DNA of 64,000 nucleotides from Lachnospiraceae bacterium (GTDB lineage Bacteria; Bacillota; Clostridia; Lachnospirales; Lachnospiraceae): NCBI GenBank assembly GCA_017550535.1, contig JAFZOS010000042.1, positions 50,248 to 114,247 of the forward strand, read 5' to 3'. Shown piece by piece: positions 39,946 to 48,751 of this stretch (position 1 is its first letter; each line of letters starts with the position of its first letter). The notes under the pieces were generated by a model. It saw only the letters and a program-made list of their open reading frames with translations, ran no database searches and was not told where the DNA came from. The position numbers and the translations under genes were made by a program.

Positions 39946-42443
39946 ACAAAAAAACCGAGTCGGGTAATTTATTGATGAGCTTTGCCATTTTCCTAAGCGT
40001 AGTATGCGTGGCAGTCGGTGTCATGCTGGTGCGCGAAACAGGGAATATCTCAGCCTATAACAAACAGCTCATCGATCTTCAGGATGATCATATAGTTTAC
40101 GTGCAGGTAGCAAGGTATTTAAGGTCCGGATCCGACATACTTACCGAAAACTGCAGGAATTTTGTGATAACGGGCAACCGTGACAGTATGACGGCGTATT
40201 TTAAGGAGATCGAGGAGGAACGGCATCGCGAGAAAGCCATGATGATGCTGGCTGAGATAGATACAACCGCGGATGCAGATACCAAGCTTTCCAAGGCCAA
40301 GGTTGAATCCGATGAACTGTTGCAGGTCGAATATCATGCAATGGCACTTACGGCGCTTGCTAACGGATATTATAACGATGATCTTCCGCAGGAGATCCTG
40401 TTTTATGATTTTGAACCTTATGAGGAGAGCGTAACGCCGCAGGAGCAGCTTGATATGGCGCGTGCTCTTGTGTTCAGCAACACATATGAAAACACAAAAA
40501 CGAAGATATATGATTATTCGGATGCCTTCGTTGATGAGGAGATAGCCGATATCAATCAAAGGTACAATAAGATATCCGCCGACCTGGCGATGTCCGTCAG
40601 GTACCAGCGTATACTGACATATGTTTTTTCGGCATTGCTGCTTGCAACCATCCTGCTCCTCATGAAGCTTAACAGCAGGAGTGTTGCCAGGGGAAAACAG
40701 CTTGAGAGGCTCAATGATAAGCTTACAAAGCAGAAGGATGAACTTGTAAGGGCAAACCATGAGATCGAGGAAGCAAACAATGCAAAAAACATTTTTCTCT
40801 CCCGCATGTCAAATGCGATAAGGTCTCCCATCAATAAGATAATAAGCATAGCTGAGAGAGGCAACATGAATGCGGCCGGATCGGGAAATGCGGACGGCTA
40901 TTACGATCAGATAGATCATACGGCTCAGATCCTGCTCGAACTGGTCAATGACGTCCTGACTCTCGGGCGCAGCGAGAACGGCATGGTAAGGATACAGAAT
41001 GCGCCTGTTAACATGTCGAATTTTGCCCATAACTGTGCCGGACTTATTGAAGGGCAGGTAAACGGAACCGGAATAACATTTGTTAATGATACGGGTCTTA
41101 TGCTCCATCCCAATGTTGTGACCGATGAACTTCATCTGCGCCAGGCGATATTAAATATAGTGGATAACGCCGTTAAGTTCACGCCCGAAGACGGCAGCAT
41201 AACATTCAGGATATATGAGGACATTGCTCCCGAGGGTGAGGCTGACAGGGCGGTATACTATTTTGAAGTTGAAGATACCGGAGTCGGCATGACCGAGCAG
41301 TATGTCTCTCATATTTTTGACAGTTTTTCCAAAGAGAGCGATACCGATGTGGCGGAAGGCGGCCTTGGAATAGGGATGAGCATTACAAAACGCTACATCG
41401 AGATGATGGGCGGTTCAATAAACGTTGAGAGCGAGCTGCAAAAAGGTACGAAATTTACGATAAGGCTCCCCCTTGAAAAATACAGGACAGTTGCCGTGGA
41501 TGAGGACAGTGAAGGTAATTTCAGGCTTGCCGGTTCGCGTATCCTTATTGCCGAGGATAATGAGCTTAATATGGAAATAGCAAGGACCATGCTCATAGCG
41601 GAAGGAGCGGAAGTCATACCTGCCGAAAACGGTATGGTTGCGTTAAGCCTGTTTAAGGCATCCGAGGAAAACAGCATAGATGCAATACTTATGGATGTTG
41701 CAATGCCTATGATCGACGGCCTTACGGTTACAAAGGAGATAAGGGCAATGCAGCGCGGCGATGCGCAGACGGTACCGATAATCGGCATGGTCGCCGGAAG
41801 CAGCGACGAGGATATAAAGCTGCTGCTTGATTCGGGCATGAACGATCATATATCCAAACCGGTTAATGTTACCCAGCTTGTAAAGACTCTGATAAGTGCG
41901 ATGAGGCGGCAGAGTAATGATCTTGCCGTGCAGCTTGAGAAGGCGCTGCGGGATGCCAATACGGACGGCCTTACCGGTGTTAAGAACAGGAATGCGTTCG
42001 AGCTTGCCAGTGACAGGCTTGACGTAGAGATCGGAAGTGAGGAGAGGGTTGAATTCGCGATCGTTATCTGTGATGTCAACGGACTTAAGGAGATAAACGA
42101 CAATGTCGGCCATGACGAGGGCAATAAGCTGTTGATAAACGCATGCCGTCTCATCTGCCGGACGTTCACGCACAGTCCCGTGTTCAGGATAGGCGGAGAT
42201 GAATTCGTTGCAATACTTAGGAATAATGATTATGAGATACGTGATGAGCTTGTCGGAGGACTGCTTGAACGCATGACGTCGGAGAACTACGATCCGCTTG
42301 ATTATAACAATGTTTCTTTTGCGCTTGGCATGGCTGTATACGATCCGAATACAGATGAAAATACCACTGCCGTTTTCCGGCGGGCAGATGCTGTAATGTA
42401 TGAGCATAAGAAGGCGATAAAGGGTGAGGGAAACGTCCGATAA
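39942..42443 (+). CDS. Hybrid HisKA-HATPase-REC-GGDEF signalling protein with degenerate H-box
   Basis: It has two TMs. The DHp region reads FLSRMSNAIRSPIN where the consensus is F..MSHEIRTP. The N, G1 and G2 boxes are intact (DNAVKF, VEDTGVGM, GGLGIGMS). REC has ILIAEDNELN..LMDVAMPMIDG. GGDEF has LTGVKNRN and RIGGDEFVAIL. ATGA overlap with glgX. Confidence 0.87.
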   Translation: MNKKTESGNLLMSFAIFLSVVCVAVGVMLVRETGNISAYNKQLIDLQDDHIVYVQVARYLRSGSDILTENCRNFVITGNRDSMTAYFKEIEEERHREKAMMMLAEIDTTADADTKLSKAKVESDELLQVEYHAMALTALANGYYNDDLPQEILFYDFEPYEESVTPQEQLDMARALVFSNTYENTKTKIYDYSDAFVDEEIADINQRYNKISADLAMSVRYQRILTYVFSALLLATILLLMKLNSRSVARGKQLERLNDKLTKQKDELVRANHEIEEANNAKNIFLSRMSNAIRSPINKIISIAERGNMNAAGSGNADGYYDQIDHTAQILLELVNDVLTLGRSENGMVRIQNAPVNMSNFAHNCAGLIEGQVNGTGITFVNDTGLMLHPNVVTDELHLRQAILNIVDNAVKFTPEDGSITFRIYEDIAPEGEADRAVYYFEVEDTGVGMTEQYVSHIFDSFSKESDTDVAEGGLGIGMSITKRYIEMMGGSINVESELQKGTKFTIRLPLEKYRTVAVDEDSEGNFRLAGSRILIAEDNELNMEIARTMLIAEGAEVIPAENGMVALSLFKASEENSIDAILMDVAMPMIDGLTVTKEIRAMQRGDAQTVPIIGMVAGSSDEDIKLLLDSGMNDHISKPVNVTQLVKTLISAMRRQSNDLAVQLEKALRDANTDGLTGVKNRNAFELASDRLDVEIGSEERVEFAIVICDVNGLKEINDNVGHDEGNKLLINACRLICRTFTHSPVFRIGGDEFVAILRNNDYEIRDELVGGLLERMTSENYDPLDYNNVSFALGMAVYDPNTDENTTAVFRRADAVMYEHKKAIKGEGNVR

Positions 42444-42448
42444 TACAC

Positions 42449-42477
42449 TTGACATAAGAGAAACAAGGATTTATTAT
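42449..42477 (+). promoter_or_regulatory. Near-consensus sigma-A promoter with no ORF behind it (candidate antitoxin sRNA promoter)
   Basis: TTGACA (42449..42454) - 17 nt - TATTAT (42472..42477). Confidence 0.6.
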
Positions 42478-42483
42478 GATATT

Positions 42484-42552
42484 GCATATAAGATGTTATG
42501 ATTTTGATGGCAAAGCGAAAGCTCAGGTATTGCCGTACCTGAGCTTTCTTGC
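42484..42552 (+). ncRNA. Candidate ~65-70-nt antisense sRNA (RNA II-like antitoxin)
   Basis: It runs from the predicted TSS after the 42472 -10 box to the 42518..42547 hairpin. Its nt 42490..42511 are 20/22 identical to the + strand at 42654..42675. That makes the region complementary to the translation initiation region of the minus-strand peptide mRNA. No plausible ORF is present. Confidence 0.5.
42518..42547. terminator. Shared (bidirectional) hairpin terminator between convergent sRNA and peptide gene
   Basis: AAAGCTCAGGTA-ttgccg-TACCTGAGCTTT is a perfect 12-bp stem with A/T tracts built into both arm ends. The downstream tails are moderately U-rich on both strands. Confidence 0.55.
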
Positions 42553-42588
42553 AGTTATAGACTGCATGTGTCTAGGCTGTGCTGTGGT

Positions 42589-42681
42589 CTAATCTTCATC
42601 CAGCCATTTGCAGATATAGTAGGCGGCTATACCTGCCACGATGGAGATCATTAAAGATGTGATGATTTCGATGGCTATCAC
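42589..42681 (-). CDS. Small hydrophobic peptide, Fst/Ldr-like type I toxin candidate (20-30 aa, start codon uncertain)
   Basis: The in-frame reading is GTG ATA GCC ATC GAA ATC ATC ACA TCT TTA ATG ... TAG, giving (M)IAIEIITSLMISIVAGIAAYYICKWLDED. The SD AGGAAGGAGG (42690..42681) abuts the GTG. Alternative in-frame starts are ATC 42672 (8-nt spacing) and ATG 42651. The peptide is one TM helix plus a KWLDED tail. Confidence 0.5.
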   Translation of the reverse strand: MIAIEIITSLMISIVAGIAAYYICKWLDED

Positions 42682-42714
42682 CTCCTTCCTGCCGGAAGGT
42701 ATCACAGCAGCCTG

Positions 42715-42743
42715 ATTATAGCACAAATGTTCGATTGAAGCAA
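42715..42743 (-). promoter_or_regulatory. Promoter of the small peptide gene
   Basis: Minus-strand TTGCTT (42743..42738) - 17 nt - TGcTATAAT (-10 at 42720..42715). The predicted 5' UTR hairpin CCTTCC-ggca-GGAAGG (42699..42684) occludes part of the SD. Confidence 0.55.
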
Positions 42744-42776
42744 TGAAGAGTTTGTATGAATGCGGGAGGTATAATT

Positions 42777-45497
42777 GTGAAAAAAGAACTGAGCAAGACA
42801 TACGACCCCAAGGGGATGGAGGAGCGCATATATAAGAAGTGGCTCGACAAAAATTACTTCCATGCGGAAGTGGACAGGACAAAGAAACCGTTCACGATCG
42901 TGATCCCGCCCCCGAACATCACGGGTCAGCTCCACATGGGGCATGCTTTTGATAATACGATGCAGGATATTCTTATCCGTTTTAAAAGGATGCAAGGATT
43001 CAATGCGCTGTGGCAGCCGGGCTGCGATCATGCGAGCATCGCTACCGAAGTCAGAATAATAGATACGCTTAAGAAGGAAGGCATCAATAAGGAGGAGCTC
43101 GGTCGTGAAGGCTTCCTTAAGCGTGCCTGGGAATGGAAGGAAGAATACGGCGGAAGGATCGTTGAGCAGCTTAAAAAACTCGGTTCATCCTGTGACTGGG
43201 AACGCGAGCGTTTCACGATGGACGAGGGCTGTAACAAAGCGGTCACCGAAGTGTTCGTTAACTTATATAAGAAGGGACTCATTTACAAGGGAAACAGGAT
43301 AGTAAACTGGTGCCCTGTATGCCGGACAACGATATCCGATGCCGAGGTTGAGCATGAGGAGCAGGCAGGCCATTTCTGGCATATCCGTTACCCGGTTGCG
43401 GGAACGAAGGAAGCACAGGCCATGCTTGACGGCAAAAAATGCGATGACGCGGATGAAAACAACTACGTTGTCGTTGCCACCACGCGTCCCGAGACCATGC
43501 TCGGTGATACGGCTCTTGCAGTAAATCCCGAGGATGAAAGGTATACGGCGATAACAGGCAAGACAGTCATCCTGCCGCTTATGAATAATGATATCCCTGT
43601 CATAACGGATTCTTATGTCGATAAGGAATTCGGTACAGGTGTGGTTAAGATAACGCCGGCTCATGACCCCAACGATTTCGAAGTTGGGCAAAGGCATGAC
43701 CTTGAAGTGATAAACGTTATGAACGACGATGCCACGATCAATTCAAAGGGCGGCAAGTATGAGGGAATGGACCGCTACGAAGCAAGGAAACAGGTGGTTA
43801 AGGACCTTGAAGACCTTGGACTGCTTGTTAAGATAGAAGACCACTCCCATAACGTAGGTACCCATGACCGCTGCGGCTGTACTGTCGAGCCGATGGCAAA
43901 GGCACAGTGGTTCGTTGCGATGGAGGAACTTGCAAAGCCTGCCATAGAAGTGCTAAAGGCAACGCGAGAGGGCCGTGACTGTGAGTTCGGAAAGCTTCAG
44001 TTCGTACCGGAACGATTTGATAAGACATATCTTCACTGGCTGGAGGGCATCCGTGACTGGTGTATCTCAAGGCAGTTGTGGTGGGGGCACAGGATACCCG
44101 CATATTACTGTCAGGACTGCGGCGAAACGATAGTGGCAAAGGAAGCTCCGACCGTGTGCCCGAAGTGCGGGAAGAATCACTTAAAGCAGGATGAGGATGT
44201 ACTCGATACATGGTTTTCATCAGCACTCTGGCCTTTCTCAACCCTCGGCTGGCCCGAAAAAACGCAGGAGCTTGATTATTTCTATCCCACGGATGTTCTT
44301 GTTACGGGTTACGATATCATCTTCTTCTGGGTAGTCAGGATGGTATTCTCGGGAATAGAACATACCGGACATTCGCCGTTCCATACGGTGCTCATCCACG
44401 GCCTTGTAAGGGATTCCCAGGGACGCAAGATGAGCAAGTCGCTCGGAAACGGAATTGATCCGCTTGAGATAATCGATAAGTACGGTGCGGATGCGCTGCG
44501 CCTTATGCTGATGACCGGAAATGCACCCGGAAATGATATGCGTTTCTACTATGAAAAGGTAGAGGCCTGCCGCAACTTTGCGAACAAGGTATGGAATGCG
44601 TCACGTTTCATAATGATGAACATGGAGGATAAGGCCGTAACAAAGCCTGAGGAAACGGATCTGCAGCCCGTGGATAAATGGATCATCAGCAAGCTCAATA
44701 CGGTTGTCCGTGATGTTACCGATAACATGGAGAAATATGAGCTCGGTATAGCAGTCGGCAAGATTTATGATTTCATCTGGGATGAATTCTGCGACTGGTA
44801 TATTGAAATGGTAAAGCCCCGTCTGTATAATTCAGATGATTCGAAGTCTCAGAACGCTGCTTTATACACGCTTAAGGCGGTGCTCATAGATGCTCTTAAG
44901 CTCCTGCATCCGTACATGCCTTTCATAACGGAGGAGATATTCTGTACGCTGCAGGACGAGGAAGAATCAATAATGGTATCAACCTGGCCCGTTTATGATG
45001 ACGCGAGGGCTTATACAAAGGAAGAGCAGGCGATAGAAACGATCAAGGAAGCCGTAAGGGGAATAAGGAACGCACGTACCGGAATGAACGTTCCGCCCTC
45101 AAAAAAGGCTCATGTTTTTGTGGTAACTGCCGATAAGGATATACGGGAGACGTTTAATGAGGGTAAGCTTTTCTTTGCATCTTTGGCTTATGCTTCCGAT
45201 GTTACGATACAGGATGATAAGGCGGGCATAGCGGATGATGCGGTCAGTGTTGTTATCCCCGGTGCGAACATATATATCCCGTTTGCGGAACTGGTTGACA
45301 TAAAGCAGGAAATCGAACGCCTTAAGAAGGAAGAGTCACGCCTTGAAGGTGAACTTAAACGTGTAAACGGAATGTTAAGCAATGAGAAGTTTGTGAGCAA
45401 GGCTCCGGCCGCCAAAATCGAAGAAGAGAAGGGCAAGCTTGCGAAATATACTCAGATGATGGAGCAGGTTCGCGAGCGTCTGTCCCAATTATCATGA
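42777..45497 (+). CDS. valS: Valine--tRNA ligase
   Basis: HIGH motif (PNITGQLHMGHAF), KMSKS (RKMSKSLGN), editing domain and C-terminal coiled coil. GTG at 42777 follows GGGAGG; the track start at 42756 lacks an RBS. Confidence 0.97.
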   Translation: MKKELSKTYDPKGMEERIYKKWLDKNYFHAEVDRTKKPFTIVIPPPNITGQLHMGHAFDNTMQDILIRFKRMQGFNALWQPGCDHASIATEVRIIDTLKKEGINKEELGREGFLKRAWEWKEEYGGRIVEQLKKLGSSCDWERERFTMDEGCNKAVTEVFVNLYKKGLIYKGNRIVNWCPVCRTTISDAEVEHEEQAGHFWHIRYPVAGTKEAQAMLDGKKCDDADENNYVVVATTRPETMLGDTALAVNPEDERYTAITGKTVILPLMNNDIPVITDSYVDKEFGTGVVKITPAHDPNDFEVGQRHDLEVINVMNDDATINSKGGKYEGMDRYEARKQVVKDLEDLGLLVKIEDHSHNVGTHDRCGCTVEPMAKAQWFVAMEELAKPAIEVLKATREGRDCEFGKLQFVPERFDKTYLHWLEGIRDWCISRQLWWGHRIPAYYCQDCGETIVAKEAPTVCPKCGKNHLKQDEDVLDTWFSSALWPFSTLGWPEKTQELDYFYPTDVLVTGYDIIFFWVVRMVFSGIEHTGHSPFHTVLIHGLVRDSQGRKMSKSLGNGIDPLEIIDKYGADALRLMLMTGNAPGNDMRFYYEKVEACRNFANKVWNASRFIMMNMEDKAVTKPEETDLQPVDKWIISKLNTVVRDVTDNMEKYELGIAVGKIYDFIWDEFCDWYIEMVKPRLYNSDDSKSQNAALYTLKAVLIDALKLLHPYMPFITEEIFCTLQDEEESIMVSTWPVYDDARAYTKEEQAIETIKEAVRGIRNARTGMNVPPSKKAHVFVVTADKDIRETFNEGKLFFASLAYASDVTIQDDKAGIADDAVSVVIPGANIYIPFAELVDIKQEIERLKKEESRLEGELKRVNGMLSNEKFVSKAPAAKIEEEKGKLAKYTQMMEQVRERLSQLS

Positions 45498-45529
45498 TGT
45501 AAAAGATACAATCTTATAAGAGGTATCAA

Positions 45530-45763
45530 ATGATAAATTTTGAAGAAGAACTAAAAAAATTCCATCCCAGCATGGAAATAGAGGGTGTGGAGGCTGCGGT
45601 GCAGAATCATGATATGACCGATATGACGGACATATTCATGACCATGATGCGTGAGAAAGCAGATGCCGCAATGCAGGCAAGGGTTGAAGGTCAGGCACAG
45701 GCCCAGGCTCAGATGGGGCAGATGATGTACACGGCCCCGCTTCCTACCATTAATTTACCTTAA
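45530..45763 (+). CDS. Small hypothetical protein (Met/Gln/Ala-rich)
   Basis: 77 aa with a GAGG RBS and a QAQAQAQ low-complexity stretch. Confidence 0.5.
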   Translation: MINFEEELKKFHPSMEIEGVEAAVQNHDMTDMTDIFMTMMREKADAAMQARVEGQAQAQAQMGQMMYTAPLPTINLP

Positions 45764-45774
45764 AGGTGTAAGCT

Positions 45775-47175
45775 ATGAACTGTTACCACTGTGGCGCCCG
45801 CCTTTCGGCCGAGAATTTCTGTACCGGCTGCGGGGCGGATGTCGGCGTGTACAAAAAGATAATGGCGATGTCCAACTACTATTACAATGACGGACTCGCA
45901 AAGGCCAATGTCCGCGATCTTTCGGGGGCGGTTATCAGCCTGCGCCAATCGCTTAAGTATAATAAGCGTAATTCCCAGGCCCGTAACCTTCTCGGGCTCG
46001 TTTATTTTGAGATGGGAGAGGCGGTTCTTGCTTTAAGCGAATGGATCATAAGCAGGAATTTTGAGCCGTCCAAGAACATCGCTGACGAATACATAAGTAT
46101 TCTGCACAGCAGTCCCACCAAGCTTGAGAACATAGACCAGACGCTTAAAAAGTATAACCAGGCACTTCAGTACTGCTATCAGGACAGTAAGGATCTTGCT
46201 ATCATACAGCTTAAAAAGGTGCTCTCGATAAACAAAAACCTGATAAGCGGTTATCAGCTGCTTGGTCTTTTATATATCTGTACCGGTGATTATGACAATG
46301 CAAAGAGGACGCTTTTCAGAGCACTGTCGATCGATGCGGGGAATACAACGACACTCGGTTATATAAAGGAAGTTAACAACATTATCCGTGAGCAGGAGGA
46401 AAAGACCGGGAAAAAGATAAGCACACTTCCGATGGAGACCATAAGTTACCAGAACGGTAATGAGGTCATTATCCAGCCTGTTTACGAGAAGGAAAAAGTA
46501 GGCTTTTCAAGTATCATAAACATAGTGATCGGTCTGCTGGTCGGAGTCGCCATATGCTGGTTCCTGGTAATGCCTGCAAAGATGGCGGGACAGACGCAGC
46601 TTAATGATGCGAAGTTTAAAGAAGTCAGTGAGGAACTTGCTGCTGAGCAGGCCTCAAAACAGGAGATAGAAAAGGCACTTTCCGACAAGCAGAATCAGAT
46701 GGATGAGCTGCAAAGGGCATATGATGATATCACAGGCGCTTCGGGAAGGAAGACGGAACACGACTATCTTATGGACGCGGCTTCGGCTTATGTCCATGAT
46801 CCCACCGATTCGGTTGCGATAATGGAAAGCATGGATAATATTTCCGAGGATTATCTTGCATCGACAACGGATTCCTTCAGAAACCTGTATGCTGCCCTGC
46901 GCTCGGATGCAGGTATGCTTGCTGCCGGAGAGTATATCGAAAATGCCAAATCGGCAGTTAAGGCAAATGACTATGATGCCGCGATCGAAGCTTATACAAA
47001 AGCGTGGCTTCTTGATAAGTCGAATTCGGATGTGCTTATGAACCTTGCACACTGCTACAGGCAGGCGGGTGATACGAAAAAAGCGGATGAATTATATCAA
47101 CAGGTTATTGATGATTTTCCCGATACACAGAACGCACTGGATGCGAAGGATTATTCCTCAACTTACAACCCCTAA
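45775..47175 (+). CDS. Zinc-ribbon / TPR-repeat protein with one TM segment
   Basis: N-terminal CYHCGARLSAENFCTGCG. TPR-like repeats occur at both ends, with a central TM (IINIVIGLLVGVAICWFLV) and a coiled coil. Confidence 0.72.
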   Translation: MNCYHCGARLSAENFCTGCGADVGVYKKIMAMSNYYYNDGLAKANVRDLSGAVISLRQSLKYNKRNSQARNLLGLVYFEMGEAVLALSEWIISRNFEPSKNIADEYISILHSSPTKLENIDQTLKKYNQALQYCYQDSKDLAIIQLKKVLSINKNLISGYQLLGLLYICTGDYDNAKRTLFRALSIDAGNTTTLGYIKEVNNIIREQEEKTGKKISTLPMETISYQNGNEVIIQPVYEKEKVGFSSIINIVIGLLVGVAICWFLVMPAKMAGQTQLNDAKFKEVSEELAAEQASKQEIEKALSDKQNQMDELQRAYDDITGASGRKTEHDYLMDAASAYVHDPTDSVAIMESMDNISEDYLASTTDSFRNLYAALRSDAGMLAAGEYIENAKSAVKANDYDAAIEAYTKAWLLDKSNSDVLMNLAHCYRQAGDTKKADELYQQVIDDFPDTQNALDAKDYSSTYNP

Positions 47176-48654
47176 CATAAGATAAGTTGAAGCGGCCGCG
47201 GCAGCAAACCCAAGTACGCAAGCGGCAAAAAGCCTGAATCGGATGTGCTGTTTGTTCCTGCATGCATCCGTAAAGATACCAAGGAATATAGCCTCGACGG
47301 GAATTGTCAGCGCAATGTAACGGAAGTTCATTGCGCTGTAATTATGTGAGCCGAATGCAAAGCTTAAATATGCGATCAGCAATGTCATATATAATACACC
47401 GAACAGGAGCTTGTGTTCCGGCTTCATATCATACCGGCCGTTTCTGTCGGTAAGGATCAGGAAGGTCGCAATAAGTGAAATGACTGCCAGTATCAAAGCT
47501 GTTATGAAGAGGATGACCGCAAACAGTGTAAGGCTGCCTGACACGTTTGATAAGTTGGCATCATCAAACAGTGAGGTTTTAAACAATGTCAGAGGAACAT
47601 TGTACTCGTTGTAGGCATCGCCGTTAACTGTCATGGCGGGATATACGCTGTGCATCCTTATGTCAAAGATCCGCTGTAAAAGCGGAACATCAAACTGTTC
47701 TCCGACCCCCGGTATATAATTAAACGGCATATCATACTTTATCATATTGCGGATTTCCCACCAGATACCGATAGGAAAAACGATGATAGCGAATACGATG
47801 AACTGAGCTATGTATTTACGTATGTTACTTCGGTCTTTGACCAGCTTAAGTATAAATAATGCGGCAACGGCGGGCGCGATCGTACCGCCCGACAGCTTGG
47901 CCATCATTGATGCGCCGATCGAAAGTGCGAACATGATGATCAGCCTGAATGAGGGGTGTTTATACCAAAGTATGATAAGATAAACCGCAAGCATTGCAAA
48001 CATAAGGCTTAAGGCGTCGTTGTTGATGCTGCCCGCCATTATCGTAAGGGCCGGATGAGTGCATACGATAAGGAGAACTACCCTTATACCCCAGGACTTA
48101 AGCTTAAGTTCTTTACATATGAAGAAGGTCAGCACGGTAACCGAGCATATATAGAACAGAGTCAGAAGCTGTACGTTTTCCTGTACCTGACGGTAGGCAA
48201 GCTGGAAATGTGCGCAGAACCTCATCCACAGACCGGCTATGATGTGGTGGAGCGGAGGCTGAAAAAAGGCCCAGATATTTCGCGGATCGCCTGAGGGCAG
48301 CCGGAGATTTGAGTAAATATATTCGATATACCCTGCATGGCCCTCACCCGTGCCAAAGTCAACAACATCGTGCTGCCTTGTCCATATCGCCGTATATAAT
48401 ATATATGATGTACGGAGCAAGACTCCGGCGAGGAGTATCAAAGCGGGTTCGCTTATGGATACGAGCTGCCTGAATACGAAAAGAACAAGAAATACCGCCA
48501 GCAGGAAAAAGAGATACTGAGGTTTCCTTAATGTCTCGGCTGTAGTGTCCATGCAGAATGCAAGGAAAAACACCATTGCCGTCAGCAAAATGAAAGGTTG
48601 AAATGTAAAGGTCTTATCATCCATGTTCTTAAGTATATCATAAGTTCGTTCCAA
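47158..48654 (-). CDS. GT-C-fold membrane glycosyltransferase (ArnT/PMT, GT39/GT83-like)
   Basis: 498 aa with >10 TMs and an early loop motif (DVVDFGTGEGHAGYIEYI) typical of the DxD/ExD loop 1 of PMT_2-type enzymes. It has a TTG start, which is uncertain. Its 3' end overlaps the TPR gene by 18 nt (convergent). Confidence 0.62.
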   Translation of the reverse strand: MERTYDILKNMDDKTFTFQPFILLTAMVFFLAFCMDTTAETLRKPQYLFFLLAVFLVLFVFRQLVSISEPALILLAGVLLRTSYILYTAIWTRQHDVVDFGTGEGHAGYIEYIYSNLRLPSGDPRNIWAFFQPPLHHIIAGLWMRFCAHFQLAYRQVQENVQLLTLFYICSVTVLTFFICKELKLKSWGIRVVLLIVCTHPALTIMAGSINNDALSLMFAMLAVYLIILWYKHPSFRLIIMFALSIGASMMAKLSGGTIAPAVAALFILKLVKDRSNIRKYIAQFIVFAIIVFPIGIWWEIRNMIKYDMPFNYIPGVGEQFDVPLLQRIFDIRMHSVYPAMTVNGDAYNEYNVPLTLFKTSLFDDANLSNVSGSLTLFAVILFITALILAVISLIATFLILTDRNGRYDMKPEHKLLFGVLYMTLLIAYLSFAFGSHNYSAMNFRYIALTIPVEAIFLGIFTDACRNKQHIRFRLFAACVLGFAAAAASTYLMLGVVS

Positions 48655-48751
48655 AAGTAACTGCGCCTCATATTCTATTTGTAATGAACCCGATGACGTG
48701 CTAAACTTGATATGTGTTTTTATAATAAACTGGATTTACGGGAGGCAGTAA

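Noticed and set aside
41643-42455. 270-aa minus-strand ORF, plus similar long antisense ORFs at 3230..3889, 3822..4589, 38191..38856, 40119..40760, 15914..16489, 18091..18657, 49337..49888 and 57961..58527
   Set aside because: Each lies inside a confidently identified gene on the opposite strand (GGDEF hybrid kinase, guaB, glgX, permease, GH2, PurF-like, cstA). None has recognisable motifs or an RBS, so I treat them as shadow ORFs.
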